Assembly (NCBI GenBank): GCA_963714325.1
Contig: CAVQOB010000006.1
Span: 171,071-235,070, forward strand
Length of the DNA: 64,000 nucleotides
Direction of reading: 5' to 3'
From: an uncultured Alphaproteobacteria bacterium
GTDB taxonomy: Bacteria > Pseudomonadota > Alphaproteobacteria > Rhizobiales > Hyphomicrobiaceae
The notes beneath the pieces were generated by a model that did not search any database, was not told the origin of the DNA, and worked only from the letters and a program-made list of their open reading frames with translations. Shown here in pieces: positions 41,353 to 50,050 of this stretch. The stretch's first letter is position 1; each line of letters starts with the position of its first letter. The position numbers and the translations under genes were made by a program.

Positions 41353-42393
41353 ATGCACAAGCTCTTCGTCGACCTCACCCATCTCGGCCGCCATGTCACC
41401 GGCCTCGAACGCATCAGTATCGACCTGTTCGAGAAGGCAGCGTTCGAGGGGTTCACAATTGTGCCCGTTCGCTCCCGCGGCACGCTTGCGATGGTCTTCG
41501 TCCAGCAGGTCTGGCTGCCACTCCTGGCGCTACTGAACCCGCACGCTCTATTTGTCTTCCCCGGATTCCCGCCATCGCCGCTGTTTACCTTCGTCCGCCG
41601 CCGCACTATCCTTTATGTCCACGACTTGTTTCTCATCACCCGCAAAGCCGATCTCAGTCTGAAAGCACGGCTCTACATGCGCTGGCCGTTTGCATTCGCC
41701 ATCCGGCATCTCAGCCACTTTCTCGTCAACTCTGAGAAAACAGCCACCGAACTGCGCGCCCATGCCCAAGCGACAGCCAGCATCGATCTCTACCGCCCGG
41801 AAGTGAAAAACATCTTCAATCTGCAGCCGCGCGATCACCGGCGTGCGCGACCCGAGAATACGCCGGTACGGATGGTCTCGTTGGGCACCGTCGAACCCCG
41901 CAAGAACTACCGTGCCGCAATCGCCATCTGCGACGCTTTGCAGCAGCTCGGCCATCACGGTATCGAACTGCACATCATCGGCCGCCCGGGCTGGGGCGAG
42001 GACGCCGACGCCCTCGCCCGCGCGCCTGGCATCGTCATGCGTGGCTACCTGTCGATGGCCGACGTCAAAGCCACAATTGAGGCCGCCGATCTCTATCTGT
42101 GTACCTCGCATGACGAAGGCCTTGGCTTGCCCTTGCTCGAAGTACAGTATTCTGGCATTCCCGTCGTTGCCCCGGATGCGCCGGTCTTTCGTGAAGTCTT
42201 GGGTGGCTCAGCGATCTTTATCGAACCCGCTCGGCCAAATGAAGCAGCCCAGGTTATTGATCGGATCCTGCGCACCGGTGACAATGGGAGGCAAACTGCG
42301 CCATCGGCCAATCTCGTCCGTTGGACTAAGTCGGCCAAGTCAGACCGGCAGGCGGTCGCACTATTGTTCACGAGGCTCGCCACCACCGTGTGA
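41353..42393 (+). CDS. glycosyltransferase (GT-B, GT4-like)
   Basis: VSLGTVEPRKN..., CTSHDEGLGLPLLEVQYSGIPVVA (EX7E motif). The start is at ATG 41353, after the stop of the upstream gene. Confidence 0.8.
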   Translation: MHKLFVDLTHLGRHVTGLERISIDLFEKAAFEGFTIVPVRSRGTLAMVFVQQVWLPLLALLNPHALFVFPGFPPSPLFTFVRRRTILYVHDLFLITRKADLSLKARLYMRWPFAFAIRHLSHFLVNSEKTATELRAHAQATASIDLYRPEVKNIFNLQPRDHRRARPENTPVRMVSLGTVEPRKNYRAAIAICDALQQLGHHGIELHIIGRPGWGEDADALARAPGIVMRGYLSMADVKATIEAADLYLCTSHDEGLGLPLLEVQYSGIPVVAPDAPVFREVLGGSAIFIEPARPNEAAQVIDRILRTGDNGRQTAPSANLVRWTKSAKSDRQAVALLFTRLATTV

Positions 42394-42421
42394 GCTGCCA
42401 ATCCAACCGGGAGCGCTGGGA

Positions 42422-43549
42422 GTGCGAGGCTGGCCAAACATCTCTCGCCGCGCAGCGCTCCAGCTTCTCCCGGCTGCAGCGCTGGCGACACACCTGCCGG
42501 TGACCGAAGTCACAGCCCAAACAAGCGCTCGATCCCTCGGCGCCATCGCCGCCGAGCGCGGCCTGCTGTTTGGCGCATCGTTCGCCACCCACGAACTCGA
42601 CAAGCCAGCTGGCGCCCAATACGCCGCCATGTATCTGGCCGACGCCCGGATCCTCACCTCAGAACTCGAATTCAAAATGTCATCGTTGCGCCCCAGGCCG
42701 GGAGCGATCAATTTTGACTATGCTGATCGCTTCATGACGTTCGCCGCCAAAGCCGGCATGCTAACACGCGGCCACACCCTGATCTGGAACGATGACTTGC
42801 CGGATTGGATCAAGGCCATCTCCAGCACTGACGTCACGCGACTGCTCGACGCGCACCTGACCGCCGTCATGACGCGCTACAAAGGCCGGGTGCATTCCTG
42901 GGATGTCGTCAACGAACCGATCGCGCCTTGGGAAAACACACCGGGAAAGATGCGTTCCGGGCCATTCTTTGCAGCCCTCGGTCGCGGTTACATCGATCGC
43001 AGCTTCCGCCTGGCGCGCCAACTTGATCCAGCAGCAAAACTCGTCCTCAACGAACAATCGACTGATCGCTATGACGACTACGGCAAATCCTTCCGTGATA
43101 ACTTTGCAAATCTTGTCGACACGCTGCTGAGTGCAGGCGTACCGATCGACGCCATCGGCCTGCAATGTCACCTGATGCCATCGAAGCCCTTCGACTTTGA
43201 GGATTATGCCCGTTACATTGAGCGGTTCACGCGGGCAGGTCTCGAGATCCACATCACTGAGCTTGACATCGAAGACGCTGAAGCAGGCCAACCGCCCGCT
43301 GAACGTGATGTTCAGATCGCCAGAACGTATGGACAGTTCCTCGGCGCGGTCCTACAGAACAAGCGCATCACGCAATTGATCATGTGGCAGTTCGGTGATC
43401 ACCACAGCTGGTACCACTATCAAGCGATGGCAAACGGCCTCGCCAACCCAGCGCAATGGCCACGACCACTCCTCTACGATGGCAACTATCAGAAGAAGCC
43501 GGCCTGGAACGCAGTCGCCGCCGCCCTGACCCATATGCCGCCGCGCTGA
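42422..43549 (+). CDS. glycoside hydrolase family 10 (endo-beta-1,4-xylanase-like) with Tat signal
   Basis: GTG start with a GGGAG SD. Twin-arginine motif ISRRAALQLLPAAALA. GH10 catalytic signatures WDVVNEP (acid/base) and ITELDI (nucleophile). The upstream part of track ORF 41843..43549 overlaps the glycosyltransferase gene. Confidence 0.85.
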   Translation: MRGWPNISRRAALQLLPAAALATHLPVTEVTAQTSARSLGAIAAERGLLFGASFATHELDKPAGAQYAAMYLADARILTSELEFKMSSLRPRPGAINFDYADRFMTFAAKAGMLTRGHTLIWNDDLPDWIKAISSTDVTRLLDAHLTAVMTRYKGRVHSWDVVNEPIAPWENTPGKMRSGPFFAALGRGYIDRSFRLARQLDPAAKLVLNEQSTDRYDDYGKSFRDNFANLVDTLLSAGVPIDAIGLQCHLMPSKPFDFEDYARYIERFTRAGLEIHITELDIEDAEAGQPPAERDVQIARTYGQFLGAVLQNKRITQLIMWQFGDHHSWYHYQAMANGLANPAQWPRPLLYDGNYQKKPAWNAVAAALTHMPPR

Positions 43550-43613
43550 CCGGGCCATTGTCCGGCAAAGTGGAAGCCGGTCCGTCGAAGACAAAGCGAC
43601 AGCCAATAGCGTC

Positions 43614-45101
43614 TCAAGTTGGCGGGCTGAAAGCGTCGATCACTTCCAGGCCAGCCGCATAGTTTAGTGTATGCACGCCTTTCACGAGGGATCCCCGTGC
43701 TGCCTTGACGCTGACGACTGCACTTTGCCGATACGCATCCCCGCTCAATGCATCGACGCGGCACAGCGTCATGCCAGACCCATAGCCGTCCGTGCAATCT
43801 TGCGCCGGACGCCATAACACGCCGTTGCGCACTTCCATCGCGCCTGCGGGCCGCGCCGAGCGGGCATCGACCACAACCGGATTGAATGGATGCGGTTGAA
43901 AGGGCCCGAACGGCGATGGACCATGATACAAACTCAACGCATCCCAGCACGTGCTCTGCCAATGGCGCGATCCGGCAAACAGCCACCAGCGGTCGCCATG
44001 CAGCACCAGCGTTGCATCATCGACAGCGACATCTGCAAGAATGGTCGCATGATGCACCCATCTGTCGGGAAACCGCGCCGCCCGGTAAATATCAACCGTT
44101 CGGTTTGCCGACAATTCCGGCATCATGAACACGTGGCCCTCATGTTCGAAGAGGAACGGATAGGAGAGGTGATGCGGCCGCTCCAGCACCACGACCGGCT
44201 TTGACAACGTGCCGTCCGCCGCGATGGTGAACGCCGAGATGACGCCCTTGCCTTCTCGTTCAACGAAGTCCTCGCAGAGGACATGATGCACGCCATCGTG
44301 CCATCTAACGAAGGGATCGGCGTACCAACGATCCTTGTCGTTGGGCAACCATCGATAGGCATCCAGCGACAGGCGGAAATCATCGCGGACGCCAGACTGC
44401 GCCACACGTCGCCAACCAATGCGCCAACGCAGCCGTTCCCCTTGCGCCTGCGCTATCCGGCCGCGCACCTTGCCGCCGACTGCGCTTCTGAAAAATCCGG
44501 CCGCCGTCACGCCGCGACCGCGCTCCAGATAGGTCCGTGGGATCGCCTCTGGAAATGCCCCAATGCGCTGCTCGACGACGCCTAGGATCAATTCACCGAC
44601 GCGCGAAAAGACAGACTCAAGCCCGCGCGACAGCTGATCCGGCTTGTCGTTCGCCGGCAACGCCGCAAAAGGTATTGCCGGTCGCGCTGAGTCATGGACC
44701 TGGATGAACGGCAGGCGCCCAGCCAGTAGTGCAGTGACTACCGCCAGTACGCCGGTTTGACCATCATAGTGCGGCCGGATCGTTCTGAGAGCTCCGGGTA
44801 CAGCGCCTTGCCCGCCACCGGCCAAGTCAATCACGACATCGATGCGCGCGCCCGCCGGCACATCCGGGAATGCAACCATCGCAGATGGGCCATCCAGCGC
44901 GGCCACGCTCGCTCCATGGCCAACCCTTCGGAAAAACCGGCGCTCAGCGCGCAGCAGCGCTTTGATCGGCGCCGGCAACCCTGCTCCCGGCGCGACAAAA
45001 CGCACAAAGACGTTATGCTGGCCCTCATTCACCAACGCTTGCGCGAGCAGCTGATGCCAATACCATAAGGCGTTGGGATCGATCAACAGAACGACTTGCA
45101 T
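43614..45101 (-). CDS. uncharacterised two-domain polysaccharide-associated protein (formyltransferase-like N-domain plus beta-propeller-like C-domain)
   Basis: 495-aa ORF. The N-terminal half resembles formyltransferase-type Rossmann domains (MQVVLLID..., DVVIDLAGG...). The C-terminal half has WYADPF, SYPFLFEHEGHVFMMPE and DATLVLHGDRWWLF motifs, as seen in GH43/GINT1-N-like propellers. Family assignment is inference only. Confidence 0.55.
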   Translation of the reverse strand: MQVVLLIDPNALWYWHQLLAQALVNEGQHNVFVRFVAPGAGLPAPIKALLRAERRFFRRVGHGASVAALDGPSAMVAFPDVPAGARIDVVIDLAGGGQGAVPGALRTIRPHYDGQTGVLAVVTALLAGRLPFIQVHDSARPAIPFAALPANDKPDQLSRGLESVFSRVGELILGVVEQRIGAFPEAIPRTYLERGRGVTAAGFFRSAVGGKVRGRIAQAQGERLRWRIGWRRVAQSGVRDDFRLSLDAYRWLPNDKDRWYADPFVRWHDGVHHVLCEDFVEREGKGVISAFTIAADGTLSKPVVVLERPHHLSYPFLFEHEGHVFMMPELSANRTVDIYRAARFPDRWVHHATILADVAVDDATLVLHGDRWWLFAGSRHWQSTCWDALSLYHGPSPFGPFQPHPFNPVVVDARSARPAGAMEVRNGVLWRPAQDCTDGYGSGMTLCRVDALSGDAYRQSAVVSVKAARGSLVKGVHTLNYAAGLEVIDAFSPPT

Positions 45102-45419
45102 GTGCGGTCACACCTTCCCCGTCGATGTCATGCCAGCATGCCGAGCCCCACGTATGCAACTCAAACTGAACCGCACTCCACTACGACGCATCACTGCCAA
45201 TCGTCCCCGAGTGACACCGAGCCTGATGAACCATCCTGACGAACCATGTTGCATCACCCTTGCAAACGTCGCCGGCAGACCAACCAACGATCTGTTAACG
45301 GCCCGACGCAAGATATGGCCAACTTGCGCTCACAACCCAAGTAAAAAGCAACACGCGCATGCTATGTCGAGCACCCTGAACCGCGAATTCCGCACGCTAC
45401 CGAGAATTCATCTGAGATC

Positions 45420-46526
45420 ATGCAGAAACGCAAATACCTCTTCTACACCTACGCGCTCGTCGATGGCGGTGCCGAACGTGTCTGGGCGGCCTTGGCTTCC
45501 GAGCTTGCGCGCCGTGGTCACGAGGTGCTGTTCGTCATCGACTATGACGCAATCATCGAACCGCTCGAATTGCATCACGCCGTCCGCCGAACGACGCTCG
45601 GTGGCAGCCATGCTACGACTGTGCGCCGCTTGGCTTCGCTGCTGCGTGCCGAAAAGCCCGATGTCGCATTTGGTGCTGTTGCTGGCTCTGACCTGAAACT
45701 CGTCATCGCGCGGCTGCTTGCACGCGCGCCGACACGCCTTATCATTTCATTTCACGGCTTCTTGGAGCATGAAACCGGCTGGTTGAGCTGGCTGACGCAC
45801 GTCTCTGTGCCCCTACTTAGCCGCATCGCCGACCGCACCGTCTGCGTTTCGGACGGGATGAAGAAAAACCTCATCACCAGATGGCGCGCTGCCCGCCAGC
45901 AGACCGTCTGCGTCCACAACCCTGTTGTCTTTCCCGCGATGCCGAACCGCGACACGCGCAACGCGTTCAACGATCGCCCGAATGCCATCGTCTCGATGGG
46001 CCGCCTGGTGCCGGAAAAAGGCTTTGATGTCCTGCTGCGTGCGATGGCACGCCTGAAGACAACGGACGCGACGCTCACAATTCTCGGCGATGGCCCTGAA
46101 CGCGCCCGCCTTGAGGGCATCATCAAGCAGTTGCAACTTGAAAATCGCGTCACGCTCGCGGGCTTCCAGCGCGATATCTGGCCATTCCTCGATCGAGCCA
46201 AATGCCTCGCTCACGCTGCCTATTCGGAGGCGTTTGGTCTGGTCATCGTGGAAGCCCTGGCGCGCGGCCTGCCGGTCGTCGCTGTCAACAGCGACGGACC
46301 TTCGGAAATTCTCAATCACCCGGACCTCGGCCGCATCGTCCCGCCACACGATGAGGCGGCGATGGCCGAGGCTATTGATGCTGTGTTGCGTTGCCCTGGC
46401 GATCCCGCGCCCCGCGTTGCTCGTGCCGCTGAATTTTCATTGGATGTCGGCGCCGATGCCTACGAGGGACTGGCGGAAACGGTGATAGCAGAGCACGCCG
46501 CCCGCACAAGCGCGCGCAAGATTTAA
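45420..46526 (+). CDS. glycosyltransferase family 4
   Basis: ALVDGGAERV N-terminus. C-terminal AAYSEAFGLVIVEALARGLPVVA (EX7E). Confidence 0.85.
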   Translation: MQKRKYLFYTYALVDGGAERVWAALASELARRGHEVLFVIDYDAIIEPLELHHAVRRTTLGGSHATTVRRLASLLRAEKPDVAFGAVAGSDLKLVIARLLARAPTRLIISFHGFLEHETGWLSWLTHVSVPLLSRIADRTVCVSDGMKKNLITRWRAARQQTVCVHNPVVFPAMPNRDTRNAFNDRPNAIVSMGRLVPEKGFDVLLRAMARLKTTDATLTILGDGPERARLEGIIKQLQLENRVTLAGFQRDIWPFLDRAKCLAHAAYSEAFGLVIVEALARGLPVVAVNSDGPSEILNHPDLGRIVPPHDEAAMAEAIDAVLRCPGDPAPRVARAAEFSLDVGADAYEGLAETVIAEHAARTSARKI

Positions 46527-46531
46527 CGACG

Positions 46532-47719
46532 TCAAACCTCCGTTGCGCGGTCCTGTTTACCGCCGCGGACCAACGCTTTTAGGCGCGGATACTGGCGTAA
46601 AACGCCCTTGGCGCGCGCCTGCAATACTGCTGGTGCTCCGTGCCAGGACAGTGCTTGTGTCACCTCCGTCAATACGACCGGTGTCGCGCCAAGGCGCCGC
46701 TTATAAGGATATTCACCCGTCGTGAAATCGAAACTACGGCGACCGTCCGCAAACAATGCATGCATCGTGCGTTCGATCACCAGCCGCCCCGGTGAACAAT
46801 TGCGCCATTCGCCGCCCGCCGTGCCAAGACGCACCATCGCGTAGCGGGTTCCGTCAGCAATCCCGAGCAATCCCGCAACTACTTCATCGCCGGCTGTCAA
46901 GGCCGTCAGCATCACCTGCCCATCGCCCAAATGATCGGCCACCAGCTTGCGATACAGCGCCGCGTTGTGCGCTTCATCAAGTGTATAGGGCAAGCCAAGC
47001 TCGGCGATCCTCTCCGCCTGCAATCGCTCCAGGCCGGTCAATACGTGCTGCGCACGCTGCAGATCGAACACGCGCTCGAATCGGGCACCCTCGTGCCGCT
47101 CGAACACGCGCAAAATCCGGCCAAGCTCTTTCCGGAACATGCGTTCCAACGACTTGAGATAACCCTCCCAGGTCCCGGAAATGATGACGATGTTTCCGAT
47201 CAACGTTGATGGTTGCGCACCGGGCAACGCAGCCAACGGATTAGCGACACCGGCGACCTCATGCGGCATTTTCTCAAGGCGCACGAGCGCCGCGGCCGGC
47301 AATGCCGCTTTGACCGCACGCCACAAGGCGACCGGCGCTAACGCCTCGGAGCCAATCGCCACTCGGAAAATGACCGGCGCATTGTAGTCCGTTACTCCGA
47401 GATCCGCGAATGTGATGACCGGTATCTTGCCTTGTCGCGAGAGGACCAAAGGCAATAGTACGATCGGTTGGCCCGTCAGCCGGTCTCGAACCACCACCAG
47501 CAGCGCTTCGAGACCAGTCTGCCGGCCAACCGTCGCGTACCAGGCAGCAAGCCAGGTCCGCCCTTGAAACGGCGTCGCGGTGACCGCCGGATCATCAGAT
47601 TGCGGCCACCAGTCAGCGACGTCAGCCCATGCCCGATAGACGTCGACGCCCATACCCGATGTACCGCGCGAAGGCGTTGCGGCGACTTCTTCCTCCGCTC
47701 TTGCTTCTTGCATACTCAA
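46532..47719 (-). CDS. GNAT/FemAB-like acyltransferase (CelD/BcsL-like)
   Basis: 395 aa. N-terminal TPFQGRTWLAAWY motif and overall similarity to CelD-type Acetyltransf_6 proteins found in polysaccharide loci. Confidence 0.65.
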   Translation of the reverse strand: MSMQEARAEEEVAATPSRGTSGMGVDVYRAWADVADWWPQSDDPAVTATPFQGRTWLAAWYATVGRQTGLEALLVVVRDRLTGQPIVLLPLVLSRQGKIPVITFADLGVTDYNAPVIFRVAIGSEALAPVALWRAVKAALPAAALVRLEKMPHEVAGVANPLAALPGAQPSTLIGNIVIISGTWEGYLKSLERMFRKELGRILRVFERHEGARFERVFDLQRAQHVLTGLERLQAERIAELGLPYTLDEAHNAALYRKLVADHLGDGQVMLTALTAGDEVVAGLLGIADGTRYAMVRLGTAGGEWRNCSPGRLVIERTMHALFADGRRSFDFTTGEYPYKRRLGATPVVLTEVTQALSWHGAPAVLQARAKGVLRQYPRLKALVRGGKQDRATEV

Positions 47720-47847
47720 TCAAGTCCCCATCAGGCTAGGCAGCACCCCAACGCCCTGCAAATCGAGTGCCAAGCGAGAGATTAGAGCGCGCACCTGCCG
47801 CACCTATTCCAAGTCGCCTGATCAGGGATGGTTTACCTCTTCGCACG

Positions 47848-49924
47848 CTACCCGCCTGCCCGATCATCAAGTCCGCGCTTCGCCAACAGGGCATCCACTG
47901 CCGGCAGCTTGCCGCGAAATGCGAGATAGGCGTCCGTTGCGTCCTGGCGTCCACCAGCGGAGTAAATATGATCGTGCAAGCGCTTGGCGACCCCCGGGTC
48001 GAAGATATCGCTCTTTTCCTCGAACGCGCGGAACGCATCAGCATCGAGGACTTCTGACCACATATAGCTATAATATCCCGCCGCATACCCCCCGGTGATG
48101 TGCTGAAAATGCGTGGGCCGATGCCGCATGGTGATCTCTTCCGGCATGCCGATGCTCGCCAGCGTCTGCGCCTCCAGCTGATCGACATCAACGGTGTCGG
48201 TGTTCTCCAGCGTATGCACTTTGAGATCGAACAGTGACGACGCCAGATATTCGACTGTGCTGAACCCCTGATTGAAATTGCGCGCCGCCGCCAGCCGCTC
48301 GATCATCGCATCCGGCATCGGCTCGTCCGTCGCCACATGTCGGGCGAAACGCTTGAGGACTTGCGGTTGTCCCAGCCAATGCTCGTAAAGCTGCGATGGC
48401 AGTTCGACGAAATCGCGACTGACACTCGTTCCGGCAACCGAAGGGTACGTGACGTTCGACAGCAGCCCATGCAGTCCATGTCCGAATTCGTGAAACAGTG
48501 TTCGTGCGTCGTCCATGCTGAGCAACGCCGGTTCGCCAGGTGCCGCCTTGGTGAAGTTCATCACATTGATGATGATCGGCGTTTCGGGTTTACGCGCGTC
48601 GACAGACAATCGGCTTTGCCCGCGAAACGCTGTCATCCAAGCGCCCGATCGCTTTGACGGCCGCGCGAAATAGTCGCCGAGGAACAAACCGACATGACGG
48701 CCATCCCGGTTCTTGACTTCGTATACCCGCACTTCCGGGTTGTAAGCGGGAATGTCGTGGCGGATTGTGAACGTCAGGCCAAACAACCGCGTCGCGCAAT
48801 CGAACGCCGCCTCGATCATGCGGTCGAGCTGCAGATAGGGTTTAATGACCGCTGCATCGAGGTCATAGCGTGCTTTGCGCACCCGCTCCGAATAGTAACG
48901 CCAGTCCCAGGCCGCAATCGCGAAATTCCCGCCTTCCGCCCGTGCCGCTTCTTGCAACGTGTCACGCTCGGCGATCGCCCGCGTCCGCGCCGGCGGCCAG
49001 ACCTTCATCAGTAGATCTTGCACGGCAGCTGGCGTTTTCGCCATCGTGAACTCGAGACTTAAATCGGCAAAACTCTTGAAGCCAAGCAACTTTGCCTGCT
49101 CGTTGCGCAGTCGCAGAATCTCCGCCATCCCCGATCGGTTGTCGGTCTCCCCGCCGTTGCGTCCGCGCGCGCTCCACGCCTTGAACGCCTTTTCGCGCAG
49201 ATCCCGGCGATCAGAATATTCGAGAAACGGTTCAATAGACGAACGCGACAGGGTAATCACATGCTTGCCCGGAAACCCACGCTCCTCCGCCGTCTGCCGC
49301 GCGACCGCTCGCAGCGAGGGCGACAACCCCGCCAGATCCTTCTCGCCATCCAGCACGAGCGTATAATTCTGCTCGTCTTTGAGAACATTTTGACTGAACC
49401 CGGTCGTCAAGGTTGAAAGCCGTTCGGCGATCGCCTTCAATCGCGCTTTTTCAGCTGTATTGAGTTCGGGCGCCGGCTTTGACAAACGCCCGATGATAGC
49501 GCTTCAACACTTCGATTTGCTCACCCGTCAGGCCAAGCGTATCCTTGGCGGACATGAGCGCGTCGATCCGCTTCCACAGCGCTTCGTTCTGATACATGCG
49601 CATCCGATAGCCTGTGAGCTTCGGCATAATGTTGCGCTCAAGCGCCTGCATCTCGGGCGTCGTGTCTGTACCTGACAGATTGAAGAACACGCTCGATACC
49701 CGTCGTAGCGTCTCGCCGCCCGCCTCCAGCACATCGATCGTATTGGCAAATGTCGCGGGCTGAACTTGCCCGGCAATCCGCGCGATCTCTGCCTCGCCTT
49801 CCGCCATGCCGGCTTCGAATGCTGGCAGATAATGCTCCAGCTTGATCGCCGCAAACGGCGGCATCTCGAACAGTGTTGCGGAGGGGCGGAGGAATGGATT
49901 GTTCGCATTTGCGGCAGTCGACAT
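47848..49924 (-). pseudogene. dcp: M3 family metallopeptidase (peptidyl-dipeptidase Dcp-like), interrupted by a 1-nt insertion
   Basis: The N-terminal part (MSTAANANNPFLRPS...RYHRAFVKAGA) is in ORF 49451..49981. The rest (ELNTAEKARLKAI...HEFGHGLHGLL...) is in ORF 47848..49485. The junction lies at the run GGGC 49468-49471. GGAGG SD before ATG 49924. Confidence 0.85.
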
Positions 49925-50050
49925 GGAACCTCCAATGTTGGATTGCGCCAGCCTCTTGGCCTTTGACGCCGTCTCTGCCATGTAACTACGTTCCTTATGT
50001 GTTCCGAGTCGAGAGGGGAATTATCGCCCGTCTTTCAACCCAGGGGAAAC

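Noticed and set aside
41843-42421. Upstream part of track ORF 41843..43549
   Set aside because: It overlaps the glycosyltransferase gene in another frame. The GH10 domain with its Tat signal and SD begins at GTG 42422.
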